Part shown: piece after piece, positions 46,246 to 56,788 of the stretch
Position numbering within the stretch: position 1 is the first letter of the stretch
Layout: every line of letters begins with the position of its first letter
DNA from: an uncultured Bacteroidales bacterium
GTDB taxonomy: Bacteria; Bacteroidota; Bacteroidia; Bacteroidales; B18-G4
Assembly (NCBI GenBank): GCA_964487735.1
Contig: CAZASJ010000001.1
Span: 57,051-121,050, forward strand
Direction: 5' to 3'
DNA: 64,000 nt
Made by a program: the position numbers and the translations under genes
The notes under the pieces: model-generated
What the model was told of the DNA's origin: nothing
The model's input: only the letters and a program-made list of their open reading frames with translations
Database searches by the model: none

Positions 46246-47184
46246 ATGGGTAATAAAAACATCGTCAGCATATTTTCTGGCAGACAATCAAAATATCTGG
46301 CAGAAAAGATAGCCAAAGAATTCGGAATTGAACTCGGTACCAATATCGTTACTGAGTTTTCAGATGGAGAATTTCAGCCTTCTTTTGAGGAAAATATCAG
46401 AGGAAAAGATGTTTTTATCGTACAATCGACTTTTGCGCCCACAGATAACCTTTTTGAGTTACTGATGATGGTGGAATCGGCCCGTCGCGCATCAGCCAAC
46501 AACATCGTGGCTGTGATTCCTTACTTTGGATTTGCACGCCAGGACCGCAAGGATAAACCCAGGGTTTCCATTGCTGCCAAACTGGTAGCAAACCTCCTGC
46601 ATGTAGCAGGTGTAACCAGGGTGATTACCATCGATCTGCATGCTGATCAAATACAGGGATTTTTTGATGTCCCGGTGGATCATTTATATGCATCATCCAT
46701 CTTCATCCCTTATCTGAGAGAACTTAACCTTCCAAATCTGACCATGGCTTCTCCGGATACCGGTGGTACACGCAGAGCAGCTACCTATGCCAAGATCATG
46801 AATACCGACTTTGTGATTTGTTATAAAACACGATCTAAACCCAATGAAGTGGCTAAAATGGCACTTGTGGGGGAAGTCAAGGGAAGAGACATTGTGATTG
46901 TTGACGACATCATAGATACTGCCGGAAGTATGACCAAAGCAGCACAATTGATGATCGATAATGGCGCAAACAGCGTTAGAGCAATCTGCACACATCCGGT
47001 ATTTTCCGGACAAGCATACGAGAGAATTGAAAATTCACCATTTACCGAGGTTGTCGTTTCAGATACCATTCCAATGAAACAATCATCGGATAAGATAACC
47101 GTTCTTTCAACAGCACGCCTTTTTGCAGATGTTATTGGCCGTGTTGAAAGCAATAAATCAATTAGTTCATTATTTAAATTCTAA
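46246..47184 (+). CDS. prs: Ribose-phosphate pyrophosphokinase
   Basis: From the ATG at 46246 it reads MGNKNIVSIFSGRQSKYLAEKIA. Contains the PRPP-binding loop DIVIVDDIIDTAGSM and the divalent-cation site VITIDLHADQIQGFF. Confidence 0.95.
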   Translation: MGNKNIVSIFSGRQSKYLAEKIAKEFGIELGTNIVTEFSDGEFQPSFEENIRGKDVFIVQSTFAPTDNLFELLMMVESARRASANNIVAVIPYFGFARQDRKDKPRVSIAAKLVANLLHVAGVTRVITIDLHADQIQGFFDVPVDHLYASSIFIPYLRELNLPNLTMASPDTGGTRRAATYAKIMNTDFVICYKTRSKPNEVAKMALVGEVKGRDIVIVDDIIDTAGSMTKAAQLMIDNGANSVRAICTHPVFSGQAYERIENSPFTEVVVSDTIPMKQSSDKITVLSTARLFADVIGRVESNKSISSLFKF

Positions 47185-47211
47185 TATTTATCAATTAATC
47201 AATTATTTATT

Positions 47212-47859
47212 ATGAAAACAGTATCATTGAGCGGTTCTCCTCGCGAGAACGTAGGGAAAAAAGATGCTAAAGAGCTGAGGCTTAAGGGACTCGTTCCCTG
47301 TGTTGCCTATGGCGGAAAAGAACAGATTCATTTCACACTTGATGAAAGGGATTTTAAAAAAATCGTCTTTACACCTGAATCACACATTGTAAAACTAAAT
47401 ATCGGTGGCAAAGATATTACTGCACTTCTGCAGGATGTCCAATATCATCCGGTAAGCGACAGGATACTACACGCTGACTTTCTTGAATTTGAATCAGGGG
47501 CTGTTGTAAAAGTTGCCATTCCCGTGAGAACATTTGGTGTATCCAGTGGAGTACTGAAAGGTGGATCCATGAAAATCAACATGCGCAAACTTATTGTTAA
47601 AGCCGTTGTTGAGGATATTCCTGATTATATCGAGGTGGATATCACCAAACTGGAAATTGGTTCCTCTGTTAAGGTTCGCGACCTGAAAATTGACAAACTT
47701 GAGTTCCTGGATCGTCCAAACAATGTAGTTGTTGGGGTGAAAGTTACTCGTGTTATTGTTGAGGAAGAGGATGAAGAGGATGAAGAAGGTGCTGAAGGTG
47801 AAGAAGGCGGAGAAGGCGGAGATGCCCCTGCTGAAGGCGGAGATGCCGCTGCTGAATAA
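47212..47859 (+). CDS. rplY: 50S ribosomal protein L25 / general stress protein Ctc, with an acidic C-terminal tail
   Basis: 215 aa. The N-terminus has the GKKDAKELRLKGLVPCVAYGG signature. The tail is EEEDEEDEEGAEGEEGGEGGDAPAEGGDAAAE. Confidence 0.9.
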   Translation: MKTVSLSGSPRENVGKKDAKELRLKGLVPCVAYGGKEQIHFTLDERDFKKIVFTPESHIVKLNIGGKDITALLQDVQYHPVSDRILHADFLEFESGAVVKVAIPVRTFGVSSGVLKGGSMKINMRKLIVKAVVEDIPDYIEVDITKLEIGSSVKVRDLKIDKLEFLDRPNNVVVGVKVTRVIVEEEDEEDEEGAEGEEGGEGGDAPAEGGDAAAE

Positions 47860-47882
47860 AGCATATCATAAACCAGAATATG

Positions 47883-47920
47883 ACAGGATGCATGCTGAGG
47901 CCTGCATCCTGTTTTTATTT
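47883..47920 (+). terminator. Rho-independent terminator between rplY and pth
   Basis: 10-bp perfect stem ACAGGATGCA/TGCATCCTGT followed by TTTTTATTTT. Confidence 0.6.
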
Positions 47921-47939
47921 TACTTATTACCTTTATAAA

Positions 47940-48503
47940 ATGAAGTTCCTGATCGTTGCTCTTGGAAATATTGGCGATGAGTATGCAAATACCCGTCACA
48001 ATATCGGTTTTATTGTAGCCGATGCCATTGCACAGGAAGCAGAGGCTATCTTTAAATCAGAAAGATATGCCTCAGTTACAAGAATTAAATATCGCGGAAA
48101 GATTTTGGTTATCATCAAACCATCCACCTACATGAACCTGAGCGGTAAAGCTGTGCGCTATTGGATGGAAAAAGAAAGCATCCCGGCTGATCGTACCCTG
48201 GTCATTACCGATGATATCGCCCTCCCCCTTGGTACTCTGCGGTTACGCAAAAAGGGAGGTGCCGGTGGCCATAATGGCCTTGAGAACATTATTCTTACCC
48301 TTGGCTCTGAGCTCTTCCCCCGCTTAAGAATAGGTGTAGGAAATGACTTTGCACAGGGCTATCAGTCCGATTATGTGCTGGGGAAATGGACAGGTGAAGA
48401 AGAGAATATCCTCATCCCAAAGGTCAAGACAGCCATAGAAATGGTTCAAAGCTTTATGGTCAGAGGAATTGACCAAACCATGACCAATTACAACAATAAG
48501 TAG
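47940..48503 (+). CDS. pth: Peptidyl-tRNA hydrolase
   Basis: From the ATG at 47940 it reads MKFLIVALGNIGDEYANTRHNIGF. Contains GGAGGHNGL. Confidence 0.93.
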   Translation: MKFLIVALGNIGDEYANTRHNIGFIVADAIAQEAEAIFKSERYASVTRIKYRGKILVIIKPSTYMNLSGKAVRYWMEKESIPADRTLVITDDIALPLGTLRLRKKGGAGGHNGLENIILTLGSELFPRLRIGVGNDFAQGYQSDYVLGKWTGEEENILIPKVKTAIEMVQSFMVRGIDQTMTNYNNK

Positions 48504-48512
48504 GAATAAATA

Positions 48513-50033
48513 CTAGGCCTTGAGCCTTTTTCGGATAATTTCAGAGATCTCATCAATGGAAATCCTATCCTGTTTCATGCTATCCCGTTCACGGATTGTA
48601 ACCGTATTGTCTTCCAGGGTTTGATGGTCAACGGTAATGCAATAGGGTGTTCCGATGGCATCCTGACGGCGATAACGGCGTCCGATGGCATCTTTTTCAT
48701 CATACTGGCACATGAAATCATCCTTTAGTCCGTTCATGATCTCACGGGCTTTTTCGGGCATCCCATCTTTCTTTATAAGTGGAAGGATCGCTGCTTTGTA
48801 AGGAGCCAGTACAGGAGGAAGCTTCAAAAGCACACGCTCTGATCCATCTTCGAGTTTTTCTTCCACATAGGCATAACTCAACACAGCAAGGAATGTCCTG
48901 TCAAGGCCAATAGAAGTCTCAATTACGTATGGCACATAATTCTGGTTCAGCTCAGGATCAAAATACTGCAATTTCTTTCCGGAAAATTCCTGGTGAGCGT
49001 TCAGGTCAAAATCTGTCCTTGAATGAATCCCTTCAAGTTCTTTAAATCCAATGGGGAAGTTAAATTCTATATCAGTAGCAGCATTGGCATAATGCGCCAG
49101 CTTCTCATGATCATGTAAACGGTAATATTCAGCAGGAATCCCAAGCGAAAGATGCCATTTCATGCGTTGTTCTTTCCAATACTCAAACCATTTAAGTTCC
49201 TCTCCCGGCCTGACAAAGAATTGCATTTCCATTTGTTCAAACTCACGCATGCGGAATATGAACTGCCTTGCCACAATCTCATTTCTGAATGCTTTGCCGA
49301 TCTGGGCAATTCCAAAGGGAACCTTCATCCTTCCGGATTTCATCACGTTAAGGAAATTCACAAAAATCCCCTGCGCCGTTTCCGGTCTAAGGAAAATATC
49401 ATTTGCACCTTCAGAAAGCGAACCCATCTGTGTACCGAACATCAGGTTAAACTGACGAACATCCGTCCAGTTCCTGGATCCTGATACAGGGCAGGCTATT
49501 TCGAGGTCTTCAATCAGGGCTTTGATCCCCGGCAGGTCGTTATCCTCCATGGAAGTATACAAGCGTTTCTTGATATCTTCGATCTGCTCATTGTAACCCA
49601 CCACCCTCGGATTTGTACTGATAAACTGATCCTTATCGAAACTGTCTCCAAAACGCTTTTCCGCTTTGCTGACCTCCTTGTTTATCTTTCCTTCTATCTT
49701 GGCAATAAAATCTTCTACCAGCACATCCGCGCGATAGCGTTTTTTTGAATCCTTATTATCGATCATGGGATCGTTAAAAGCATCCACATGCCCTGAAGCC
49801 TTCCAGATCATCGGATGCATAAAAATTGCTGAATCAAGCCCAACAATGTTTTCATTCTGCTGAACCATGGCTTTCCACCAGTATGCCTTAATGTTGTTTT
49901 TCAACTCAACACCTTGCTGGCCATAGTCATAAACAGCACTTAATCCATCATAGATCTCACTCGACGGAAATACAAACCCATACTCCTTGGCATGGGAAAT
50001 CACTTTCTTAAAAATATCCTCGTTGTTTGCCAT
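48513..50033 (-). CDS. glyQS: Glycine--tRNA ligase (homodimeric class II type)
   Basis: 506 aa with class II motifs FRNEIVARQFIFRMREFEQME and VIETSIGLDRTFLA, plus a C-terminal anticodon-binding domain. Confidence 0.95.
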   Translation of the reverse strand: MANNEDIFKKVISHAKEYGFVFPSSEIYDGLSAVYDYGQQGVELKNNIKAYWWKAMVQQNENIVGLDSAIFMHPMIWKASGHVDAFNDPMIDNKDSKKRYRADVLVEDFIAKIEGKINKEVSKAEKRFGDSFDKDQFISTNPRVVGYNEQIEDIKKRLYTSMEDNDLPGIKALIEDLEIACPVSGSRNWTDVRQFNLMFGTQMGSLSEGANDIFLRPETAQGIFVNFLNVMKSGRMKVPFGIAQIGKAFRNEIVARQFIFRMREFEQMEMQFFVRPGEELKWFEYWKEQRMKWHLSLGIPAEYYRLHDHEKLAHYANAATDIEFNFPIGFKELEGIHSRTDFDLNAHQEFSGKKLQYFDPELNQNYVPYVIETSIGLDRTFLAVLSYAYVEEKLEDGSERVLLKLPPVLAPYKAAILPLIKKDGMPEKAREIMNGLKDDFMCQYDEKDAIGRRYRRQDAIGTPYCITVDHQTLEDNTVTIRERDSMKQDRISIDEISEIIRKRLKA

Positions 50034-50096
50034 GCTGCAAAAATAGTAATTAAAGTGTTGGATTTGGGGTGTTGGCCCCCGGCTTGCAAAAATTCA

Positions 50097-51758
50097 TCAT
50101 TCCGAACCCTTAACCATGAAACGATAAAGTATTTCCTGCCCGAAATCATAAGGAAACGCTCTGATCACATTTCCATCCATATCGTGGATTTCCAGTTTTC
50201 CGTTTTTACCCATCAGCTCAGGATTTTCATAATAATTCCACCAGTGCCGGTTCATGCCGTCTTCTACTTTATCGGTGAGCAGGAATTCATAACAGCCGGG
50301 TGCAAGTTTAATTTGTGTATGAAAGATCGTGTCGGTGGTAAAGTCTTCGTTGTAGAAAATTGGTGCTCCGCAATCATCGCTAATGTACCAGGCATTGTCG
50401 CGGTCGCGGCCCAGGTTATTGGGTTCTATGCAGATCACAAATTCTTCCGGAAGGATCTCGGGTGCAACTACTTTTGAAGACATATAATTGTTTCGGGGAT
50501 TTTCGTCCTTTGCTTTGTTGGGGGCAATGAGCTCGATCTCGAAGTCAAGGCCGTTCTCAAATTTTTCCCAATCAGGAGACGGAAGATAAACCTCCTCGGT
50601 TTCCAAAAATGCAAGATCGCCATTCCACACAAATTCAAGCTTAGGACCCCCTGTGAGGCCATACCTGAGCAAGGCTATTTTCAGTGGTGTTGCACCGAGG
50701 TTTCGAATAATCACCAGTGGATTGGAACAAATAGGATTGACCCTTGACCAGGAGTCCTTGCTGCTGGGCGCGATGATATCTTCAATAGCGGCATCGATAT
50801 TCCGATTAGGCGGGCCATATGTAAACAGTTGATGCGACATTCGGAATTCACCATCTTTCTCCCCATTGTCCTTGTACATTTCAATACCATAATCAATACT
50901 GACTGTATCACCGGGATGCACAAAGGGTGTTAATTCAAAATCGTATTCATCAACCTTGGTACCCGGGCACCATCCTGCCCTGTCGAAAGGCCAGGTCCCC
51001 CCCTGCGGATAAATGGGGTTGAATCCACAGTCGGTCCATACGTTCCAGCGAAAGTGGTCCCATTCCCCTATAAAGTAAGTATGCGTTTTACTGTCCCACT
51101 CACAGCAATTCCGGGGGCCGCTATGTCCGTGCCCGGAAATCCTTGCCCTGAGCATGTATGCATCTGCATCCGGGTTCAACAGGACCTTTCTGGCTTTCAG
51201 TATGGAGTCGTCGGCCAGTTCACCATATTTATAAAGACCCCAGGGGTATAGGTTTTCCACGGAGATCACATCCCTGGGAGGAGTTCCTTCAATAAAGATG
51301 AATTTCATGTCGAGCAATTCCTGGTTGTTTCCTGATTTCAGATCGACCATTCCTTTTAGCAAAGGAGCATAATCGGTCACATCATAAACCCAGGTCCAGC
51401 CATTCTCTCCGCCCATTTTCAGACGTTTGCCATAAGGGGTGATAAAGCTTCCCAATTCAAAGCCTTCCACGGTATCGCCATCCGGCAGGTAAACCATGGT
51501 ATGGGTATGATAATCCCACTCCCCGCATGGGTATTGATCCCCTTTGGTGGTGGAATCACATTTGAGGCTTCTCACCATCAGGATCTTCTCCCAGCTTCTG
51601 TTATCGTCAGGAAAGGAAAAAACACCGCGATAGGGGGCGCTCCATCCCTCCGGGCTGGGGTCATCCCAGCTAAAGGTTTGAACTATAACTGTGTCGCTTT
51701 GAGCAAATGCCGATCCACTAAAAGCAAGGATCAGGAGAAAGAAAAGGAGGTTTTTCAT
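50097..51758 (-). CDS. Secreted protein, possibly peptide-N-glycosidase F-related
   Basis: The signal peptide ends AFAQ. The N-terminal region VIVQTFSWDD...ILMVRSLKCDSTTKGDQYPCGEWDY resembles the Cys-rich jelly-roll of PNGase F-like proteins. Assignment is from memory only. Confidence 0.4.
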   Translation of the reverse strand: MKNLLFFLLILAFSGSAFAQSDTVIVQTFSWDDPSPEGWSAPYRGVFSFPDDNRSWEKILMVRSLKCDSTTKGDQYPCGEWDYHTHTMVYLPDGDTVEGFELGSFITPYGKRLKMGGENGWTWVYDVTDYAPLLKGMVDLKSGNNQELLDMKFIFIEGTPPRDVISVENLYPWGLYKYGELADDSILKARKVLLNPDADAYMLRARISGHGHSGPRNCCEWDSKTHTYFIGEWDHFRWNVWTDCGFNPIYPQGGTWPFDRAGWCPGTKVDEYDFELTPFVHPGDTVSIDYGIEMYKDNGEKDGEFRMSHQLFTYGPPNRNIDAAIEDIIAPSSKDSWSRVNPICSNPLVIIRNLGATPLKIALLRYGLTGGPKLEFVWNGDLAFLETEEVYLPSPDWEKFENGLDFEIELIAPNKAKDENPRNNYMSSKVVAPEILPEEFVICIEPNNLGRDRDNAWYISDDCGAPIFYNEDFTTDTIFHTQIKLAPGCYEFLLTDKVEDGMNRHWWNYYENPELMGKNGKLEIHDMDGNVIRAFPYDFGQEILYRFMVKGSE

Positions 51759-51830
51759 GAGGCTTGATTTGAGGGTAAAGATAGGTGTTTTTGAGACCTG
51801 TGAAGTCCGGGTAATTCACAGGTCTAAAAC

Positions 51831-54185
51831 CTAAAACTCTATCCTGTAGCTAATCGAAGGAAGAATAATGGATTCTTCATCTTTATCAATGGCATTTGTC
51901 CGATAATTATAAATATAGCCATAGAACTCGGGAGAGCCCAGGACATTGATCATTTGAATGGAGAAAATACTTGAATGTTTTGGCTTGTTAATCCTGTAAT
52001 TCAGTGAAACATCAAAATGAAAAACATTTGGTTTGCGGTTCTCAAAAGCCCGGGTATCATCATAAATCACATCCTTTGCCATCTCGCTGGCTTCCACATC
52101 CACCGGGCTGATGCGGTCGCCACCCGTAAAATTCAGGCGCCCGCTGACTCCAAACACATTGCTTTTGTTTCTTTTTCCTACCTGCCATTCTTTCCCTGCC
52201 AGGAGATTTAATACATAGCCTTTGTTGAAGCGTGAATTGCGCTCAATCTCATCTCCACCTACATATTTCGCTTCAAAGAGCGATCCTGAAATAAGAAAGA
52301 AAAACCCTCTTTGAAGGTATCTTTCCAAGGTGAGATCGATGCCAAAGTTTGTACCGGTTCCTTTATTTACAAGGGTTTCATTAATAAACCATTCCTGCTC
52401 AAGGTTCAATAAAGAGTATGAAGTATTCTCAATAACAGGGATATTGTAAAGGTATTGATAGTAGACCTCTGAATTAAATCGCATGTTTTCATTGATTGCC
52501 AGATCATATCCCAAAACAAAGTGATGAGCACGCGAGAACTTAAGGTTTTTATTGGGCATAAAGGATCCTTGTGGCCCTTCCTGTTCGGCCAGGTAAATAC
52601 CTATCATCTCTAGCTGGCTATGATTTCCGTAACCAAAGCTTAGGGCCTGATTCGGATTAAATTCCCATCGGATCGCAGCCCTGGGTTCAATGGTGAAATG
52701 CTCATTCAGTGTAAAGTACTGGACATGAAAGCCAAAATTTAATGTCCATTGTTCTGACAAGCTGATTTTTGATTGAGAGTATGCCTGGATCAGTGAGCTG
52801 TTTCCATTGCTGTTTGCATATGTGATCATTGGATCTCCTGCTTTTTCCGCACCCTGGATAAGAACATCATAAAATAGCTGGTTGAAAATAATCCCACTGC
52901 GATTTGTATGCCGGGCACTGAATTTATGGTTCAGGTAAGAGGAAACAGTAAGTTTCCAGGTATCATTTCTGACATTCTCTCCCGGATAAAGCTTGTTCAG
53001 AGAATCCTGCCTTTGAAGGTCCCATGAAATCCCATTACCGGATGCTGCAACAGAACTGTTTAGAAAAGAATTGCTTCCAATCACCAGCTTATGGGTCACC
53101 CCTGTAGCTCCCATATCCTGCTTACTGTCAACTTTTTCAGAATCCTTCTGATATTCCCATTTTGAAATATCTTTTTCTGCCTTTTGTCCGGAAAAATCAC
53201 GGGCTCCAATACCCCACAACGAAAAGGTTCCTGCCCTTTTGGTAGGAAAATTTAGCTTAAATGAAAGATCCTGGTACCTGATGCCCCCTGCATTCTCGGG
53301 CAACAAGGGCGCGATCAGTGCAAAGGTTGAATAGCGGTAATTAAACAAATAGGATGACTGCCCGCCTTTTTTAAACGGCCCTTCTGCTCCTGCATCCAGG
53401 CCAAGTGTCCCGACCTGGAAAGAATACTCTCGTTTTTGATTATTCCCGTTGCGCATTTTGATATCGAAAACACCTGAGAGCCCGTTCCCGTATTCTGCCG
53501 GATAAGCCCCGGTGTAGAAATCGGAATTGGCCATTAGTTGTGTGCTTAGGGCTGTAAAAGCACCCCCTCCAAATACAGTGATATTTGCAAAATGGTTTGG
53601 ATTACTGATCTGTATTCCTTCCATCTTCCAAAGGAGCCCTTTGGGAGCATTTCCTCGAATCACGATTCCATTTCCCGACAGATTGCCCGTTACCCCTGCA
53701 AAAGTAGTTGCCAGGCGTGCAGGATCATCCATCCCGCCGGCATATCGGCGGGCTTCATCCATATTTATTTGTTTGGCACTTACCGTAGCCATGGTGTTGA
53801 TGGCAGCATCCTTATTGTCTTCTGCCCTGATCACTACTTCTTTCAACCCGGCCAGTGATTCCTGTAATCGGATATCAAGAAAAACCTCCTTCGAAGACCC
53901 AAGCTGTACTTCTTTAATTATATATGGCTCATACCCGACAAAACTGGCCCGGATATCATACCTTCCAATCTTAACATTTTCTATTGTAAAGTTTCCGAAT
54001 GAATCTGTAGTAGTCCCTATGAGGGGGTCGCTACCCAAAATAACTACAGTGGCTCCCGGCAGCGAGACCTGGCTCTCAGCATCCACCACTTTTCCTCTAA
54101 TTGTTTGTGTAACATCCTGTGCACTCATGTGAAGCTGAAACAAGAACATCCCGAATCCTATAAATAAGATTTTTACTATTTTCAT
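51831..54185 (-). CDS. TonB-dependent receptor with an N-terminal carboxypeptidase-regulatory-like domain
   Basis: ATG at 54185. Has a CarbopepD_reg-like IRGKVVDAESQVSLPGATVVI, a plug region, a long beta-barrel and a C-terminal aromatic residue (SYRIEF). There is no adjacent SusD-like gene. Confidence 0.85.
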   Translation of the reverse strand: MKIVKILFIGFGMFLFQLHMSAQDVTQTIRGKVVDAESQVSLPGATVVILGSDPLIGTTTDSFGNFTIENVKIGRYDIRASFVGYEPYIIKEVQLGSSKEVFLDIRLQESLAGLKEVVIRAEDNKDAAINTMATVSAKQINMDEARRYAGGMDDPARLATTFAGVTGNLSGNGIVIRGNAPKGLLWKMEGIQISNPNHFANITVFGGGAFTALSTQLMANSDFYTGAYPAEYGNGLSGVFDIKMRNGNNQKREYSFQVGTLGLDAGAEGPFKKGGQSSYLFNYRYSTFALIAPLLPENAGGIRYQDLSFKLNFPTKRAGTFSLWGIGARDFSGQKAEKDISKWEYQKDSEKVDSKQDMGATGVTHKLVIGSNSFLNSSVAASGNGISWDLQRQDSLNKLYPGENVRNDTWKLTVSSYLNHKFSARHTNRSGIIFNQLFYDVLIQGAEKAGDPMITYANSNGNSSLIQAYSQSKISLSEQWTLNFGFHVQYFTLNEHFTIEPRAAIRWEFNPNQALSFGYGNHSQLEMIGIYLAEQEGPQGSFMPNKNLKFSRAHHFVLGYDLAINENMRFNSEVYYQYLYNIPVIENTSYSLLNLEQEWFINETLVNKGTGTNFGIDLTLERYLQRGFFFLISGSLFEAKYVGGDEIERNSRFNKGYVLNLLAGKEWQVGKRNKSNVFGVSGRLNFTGGDRISPVDVEASEMAKDVIYDDTRAFENRKPNVFHFDVSLNYRINKPKHSSIFSIQMINVLGSPEFYGYIYNYRTNAIDKDEESIILPSISYRIEF

Positions 54186-54363
54186 AAACAATAATTACAA
54201 TTTGAGAAAAAAGGTTCCCATGCGGATATGATACATTCCGCGGTATGTTTCTATAAAATGACAATGAGTATGATCAAGGGTTGCAGTATTCGCAACAGTA
54301 TATATAATGACATGCCACACAGCTCAGCAAGATTCCTTACATTTACTTTCCAAACAGCTGATT

Positions 54364-56781
54364 ATGAAAAAATCCTTCTTGCCGGTTTTCATTCTCCTTT
54401 TTATTAGCGCATGCACCAGCTTTGAAGACAGCCACGAATTTATTGCCGGAGACCTGGGTATCAACATCCATAATAACGGCAAGATATCTCAGCTTTATGA
54501 CCTGAATGCAGGAGGCAATTACCTGCATCCGGATTCTGCAACATACCTGATTGCCATGCGCTTTAGCGGAGAAATTCTTTATCCAACAGGAATGGAGCTG
54601 AAGCCCGGAGAAAACATGCTGTACTTCAATTTCCCGGGCGAGCGGGAAGTGAAGGTTAAGATGTGGCAGGAAAAAAAATATCTGCGCCTGGAGCTATACA
54701 CTATTCGCTCGGAAGACAAAGCCGATCTGATCATCTGGGGGCCTCTTTTTACTTCCATATCCGAAACCATTGGTGAGACAGTAGGGGTTGTGCGAAACAA
54801 GGATTTCGCTATTGGAATTCAGTCGTTGAACCCCAAAACACTGGGAGGATTCCCATGGCTGGAAAACGATGTCATGCCGGAAATGGATTACTTCGACCAG
54901 GACGATTATTCAGACCTTAAAAAAGGGGGAATTGCACATACCCTGTACCGCATCGAAGCAGCCCGGCCGGTAAAGGGAGGAAGTGTGCTGCATGCATATT
55001 GCCGCAACCGCTACGACGACCGCTCTGTTGAAAACTGGGGTTATGATAACTACCTGATAAAAGCCTATGATGATGGCGGCCTTATCGGGTCCTCGATTGC
55101 CATATTCGGTTGTGCTCCGGAGGAAGTCCTTTCAACCATTTCCGAGATTGAAACCACTGAGGGACTGCCCCACCCTGAGCTAAATGGTGAGTGGAGTAAA
55201 ACGGCGGCTGAAGCCTCTTCCGCCTATATGATCATGGGCTTTGGCGAAAAAGACTTCGACAAGGCCCTGGCATATACAGCGCAGGCCGGACTCAAATACC
55301 TGTACCATTCCGGTCCCTTTGAATCGTGGGGCCATTTTGTCCTGAATAAGGATTTTTTCCCGGAGGGAAGGGCAAGTTTAAAAAACTGTGTTGACAAAGC
55401 AAATACCATGGGGATATCACTTGGCCTGCATACTTTATCCAATTTCATTACAACAAATGATGCCTATGTTAGCCCTGTGCCCGACAAAAGGCTGGCAGAA
55501 GTGGGTAGCGCACGCATTTCAAGCGCCATCGGCCCCGCCGACAACAAGATCATTGTTGATGACCCCTCACGTTTCAAGCAATTCAAAAACAACTATCTCA
55601 AAGCAGTACGTATAGGAAATGAAATTATCCGCTACGCGGCTGTAAGCGAAACCCAACCCTGGACCCTGATCGATTGCCAGCGCGGATCGTTCGGAACAAA
55701 TGCTTCAGCCCACGCCGAAAAAGACAGCATCTTCAAATTATCAGACCATGCTTATAAAGTATTTCTTTCCAATCCTGAACTCACTTTTGAGATCGCTGAA
55801 AACATTGCCGGCTTATACAATGAGACCGGAGTCAGGCAAATATCTTTCGATGGCCTGGAGGGATGCCGCTCCACAGGACTGGGAAATTACGGTGAGATCC
55901 TTTTTACTGCCAACTGGTACAATCACCTGAACGATGATATAAAGTCGCATTACATTGCAGATGCCAGCCGCTCATCCCATTACTTCTGGCATATCTTCAC
56001 ACGAATGAACTGGGGGGAGCCCTGGTACGCAGGCTTCCGTGAAAGCCAGACTGAATATCGCCTGAAAAATCAGAAATATTTCGAGCGGAATTATATCCCA
56101 AACATGCTCGGATGGTTTTTGATGAAGGCGGAAACCGGTATTGAAGACATTGAATGGTTGCTGGCACGCTCGGCAGCTTTCAATGCAGGATATGCCTTTG
56201 TATGTTCATACGAAGCATTGGAAAATAATGGATTCACCGATGAAATCCTTGCCGCCATAGCTTTGTGGGAAAATGCCAGGATGGAAGCTGTTTTTACTGC
56301 CGAACAACGTGCTTTAATGGAAGATGTAAAGAATGAATTTCGGCTGGAAAAGAAGGATAAAGACCTTATGCTCACCCGCATCTATACCTATCGCCTGACA
56401 CATCCATATAAACAAATGCAGCCCGGTGAACCCCTTACAACATCCATGGCGTTTAACAATCCGGAGAAAGAACAAATCATGCATTTGATCATCTCCGCCA
56501 GGAAAGGAAGCATCCTCAACCCTCAACTGGAGATCGACGGAAATAAAATGCTCAGCATTCCGGTTAAACTCAATGATGGAGAGCATCTGAAATTTGAAGG
56601 AGACTATGTAAATGTATATTCCTCACAGTGGCAACTCCTAAAATCAATCAGTATTGAAAAAGTACTCCTGAATCTGGCCACGGGCGATCACAATATTGAA
56701 GTTTCCTGTAAATTTAAAGGCAATGAGGGAGAGATGCAAATGGAGCTTCGCTTGCGGGGAGAGCCCTTTTTAATCAAATAA
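54364..56781 (+). CDS. Hypothetical 805-aa lipoprotein, candidate glycan-active enzyme
   Basis: ATG at 54364 gives MKKSFLPVFILLFISAC. Family not recognised. It sits between the TonB-dependent receptor and the GH3 gene, 7 nt upstream of GH3. Confidence 0.6.
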   Translation: MKKSFLPVFILLFISACTSFEDSHEFIAGDLGINIHNNGKISQLYDLNAGGNYLHPDSATYLIAMRFSGEILYPTGMELKPGENMLYFNFPGEREVKVKMWQEKKYLRLELYTIRSEDKADLIIWGPLFTSISETIGETVGVVRNKDFAIGIQSLNPKTLGGFPWLENDVMPEMDYFDQDDYSDLKKGGIAHTLYRIEAARPVKGGSVLHAYCRNRYDDRSVENWGYDNYLIKAYDDGGLIGSSIAIFGCAPEEVLSTISEIETTEGLPHPELNGEWSKTAAEASSAYMIMGFGEKDFDKALAYTAQAGLKYLYHSGPFESWGHFVLNKDFFPEGRASLKNCVDKANTMGISLGLHTLSNFITTNDAYVSPVPDKRLAEVGSARISSAIGPADNKIIVDDPSRFKQFKNNYLKAVRIGNEIIRYAAVSETQPWTLIDCQRGSFGTNASAHAEKDSIFKLSDHAYKVFLSNPELTFEIAENIAGLYNETGVRQISFDGLEGCRSTGLGNYGEILFTANWYNHLNDDIKSHYIADASRSSHYFWHIFTRMNWGEPWYAGFRESQTEYRLKNQKYFERNYIPNMLGWFLMKAETGIEDIEWLLARSAAFNAGYAFVCSYEALENNGFTDEILAAIALWENARMEAVFTAEQRALMEDVKNEFRLEKKDKDLMLTRIYTYRLTHPYKQMQPGEPLTTSMAFNNPEKEQIMHLIISARKGSILNPQLEIDGNKMLSIPVKLNDGEHLKFEGDYVNVYSSQWQLLKSISIEKVLLNLATGDHNIEVSCKFKGNEGEMQMELRLRGEPFLIK

Positions 56782-56788
56782 TTCATAT

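Noticed and set aside
47625-47999. 124-aa minus-strand ORF across the rplY tail and pth start.
   Set aside because: It is antisense to two well-supported genes. Its Ser/Pro-rich repeat is the mirror image of the acidic L25 tail.
53527-54132. 201-aa and 88-aa ORFs antisense to the TonB-dependent receptor gene.
   Set aside because: These are shadow ORFs inside a well-supported receptor gene, with Ser/Pro/Ala-rich composition and no independent evidence.
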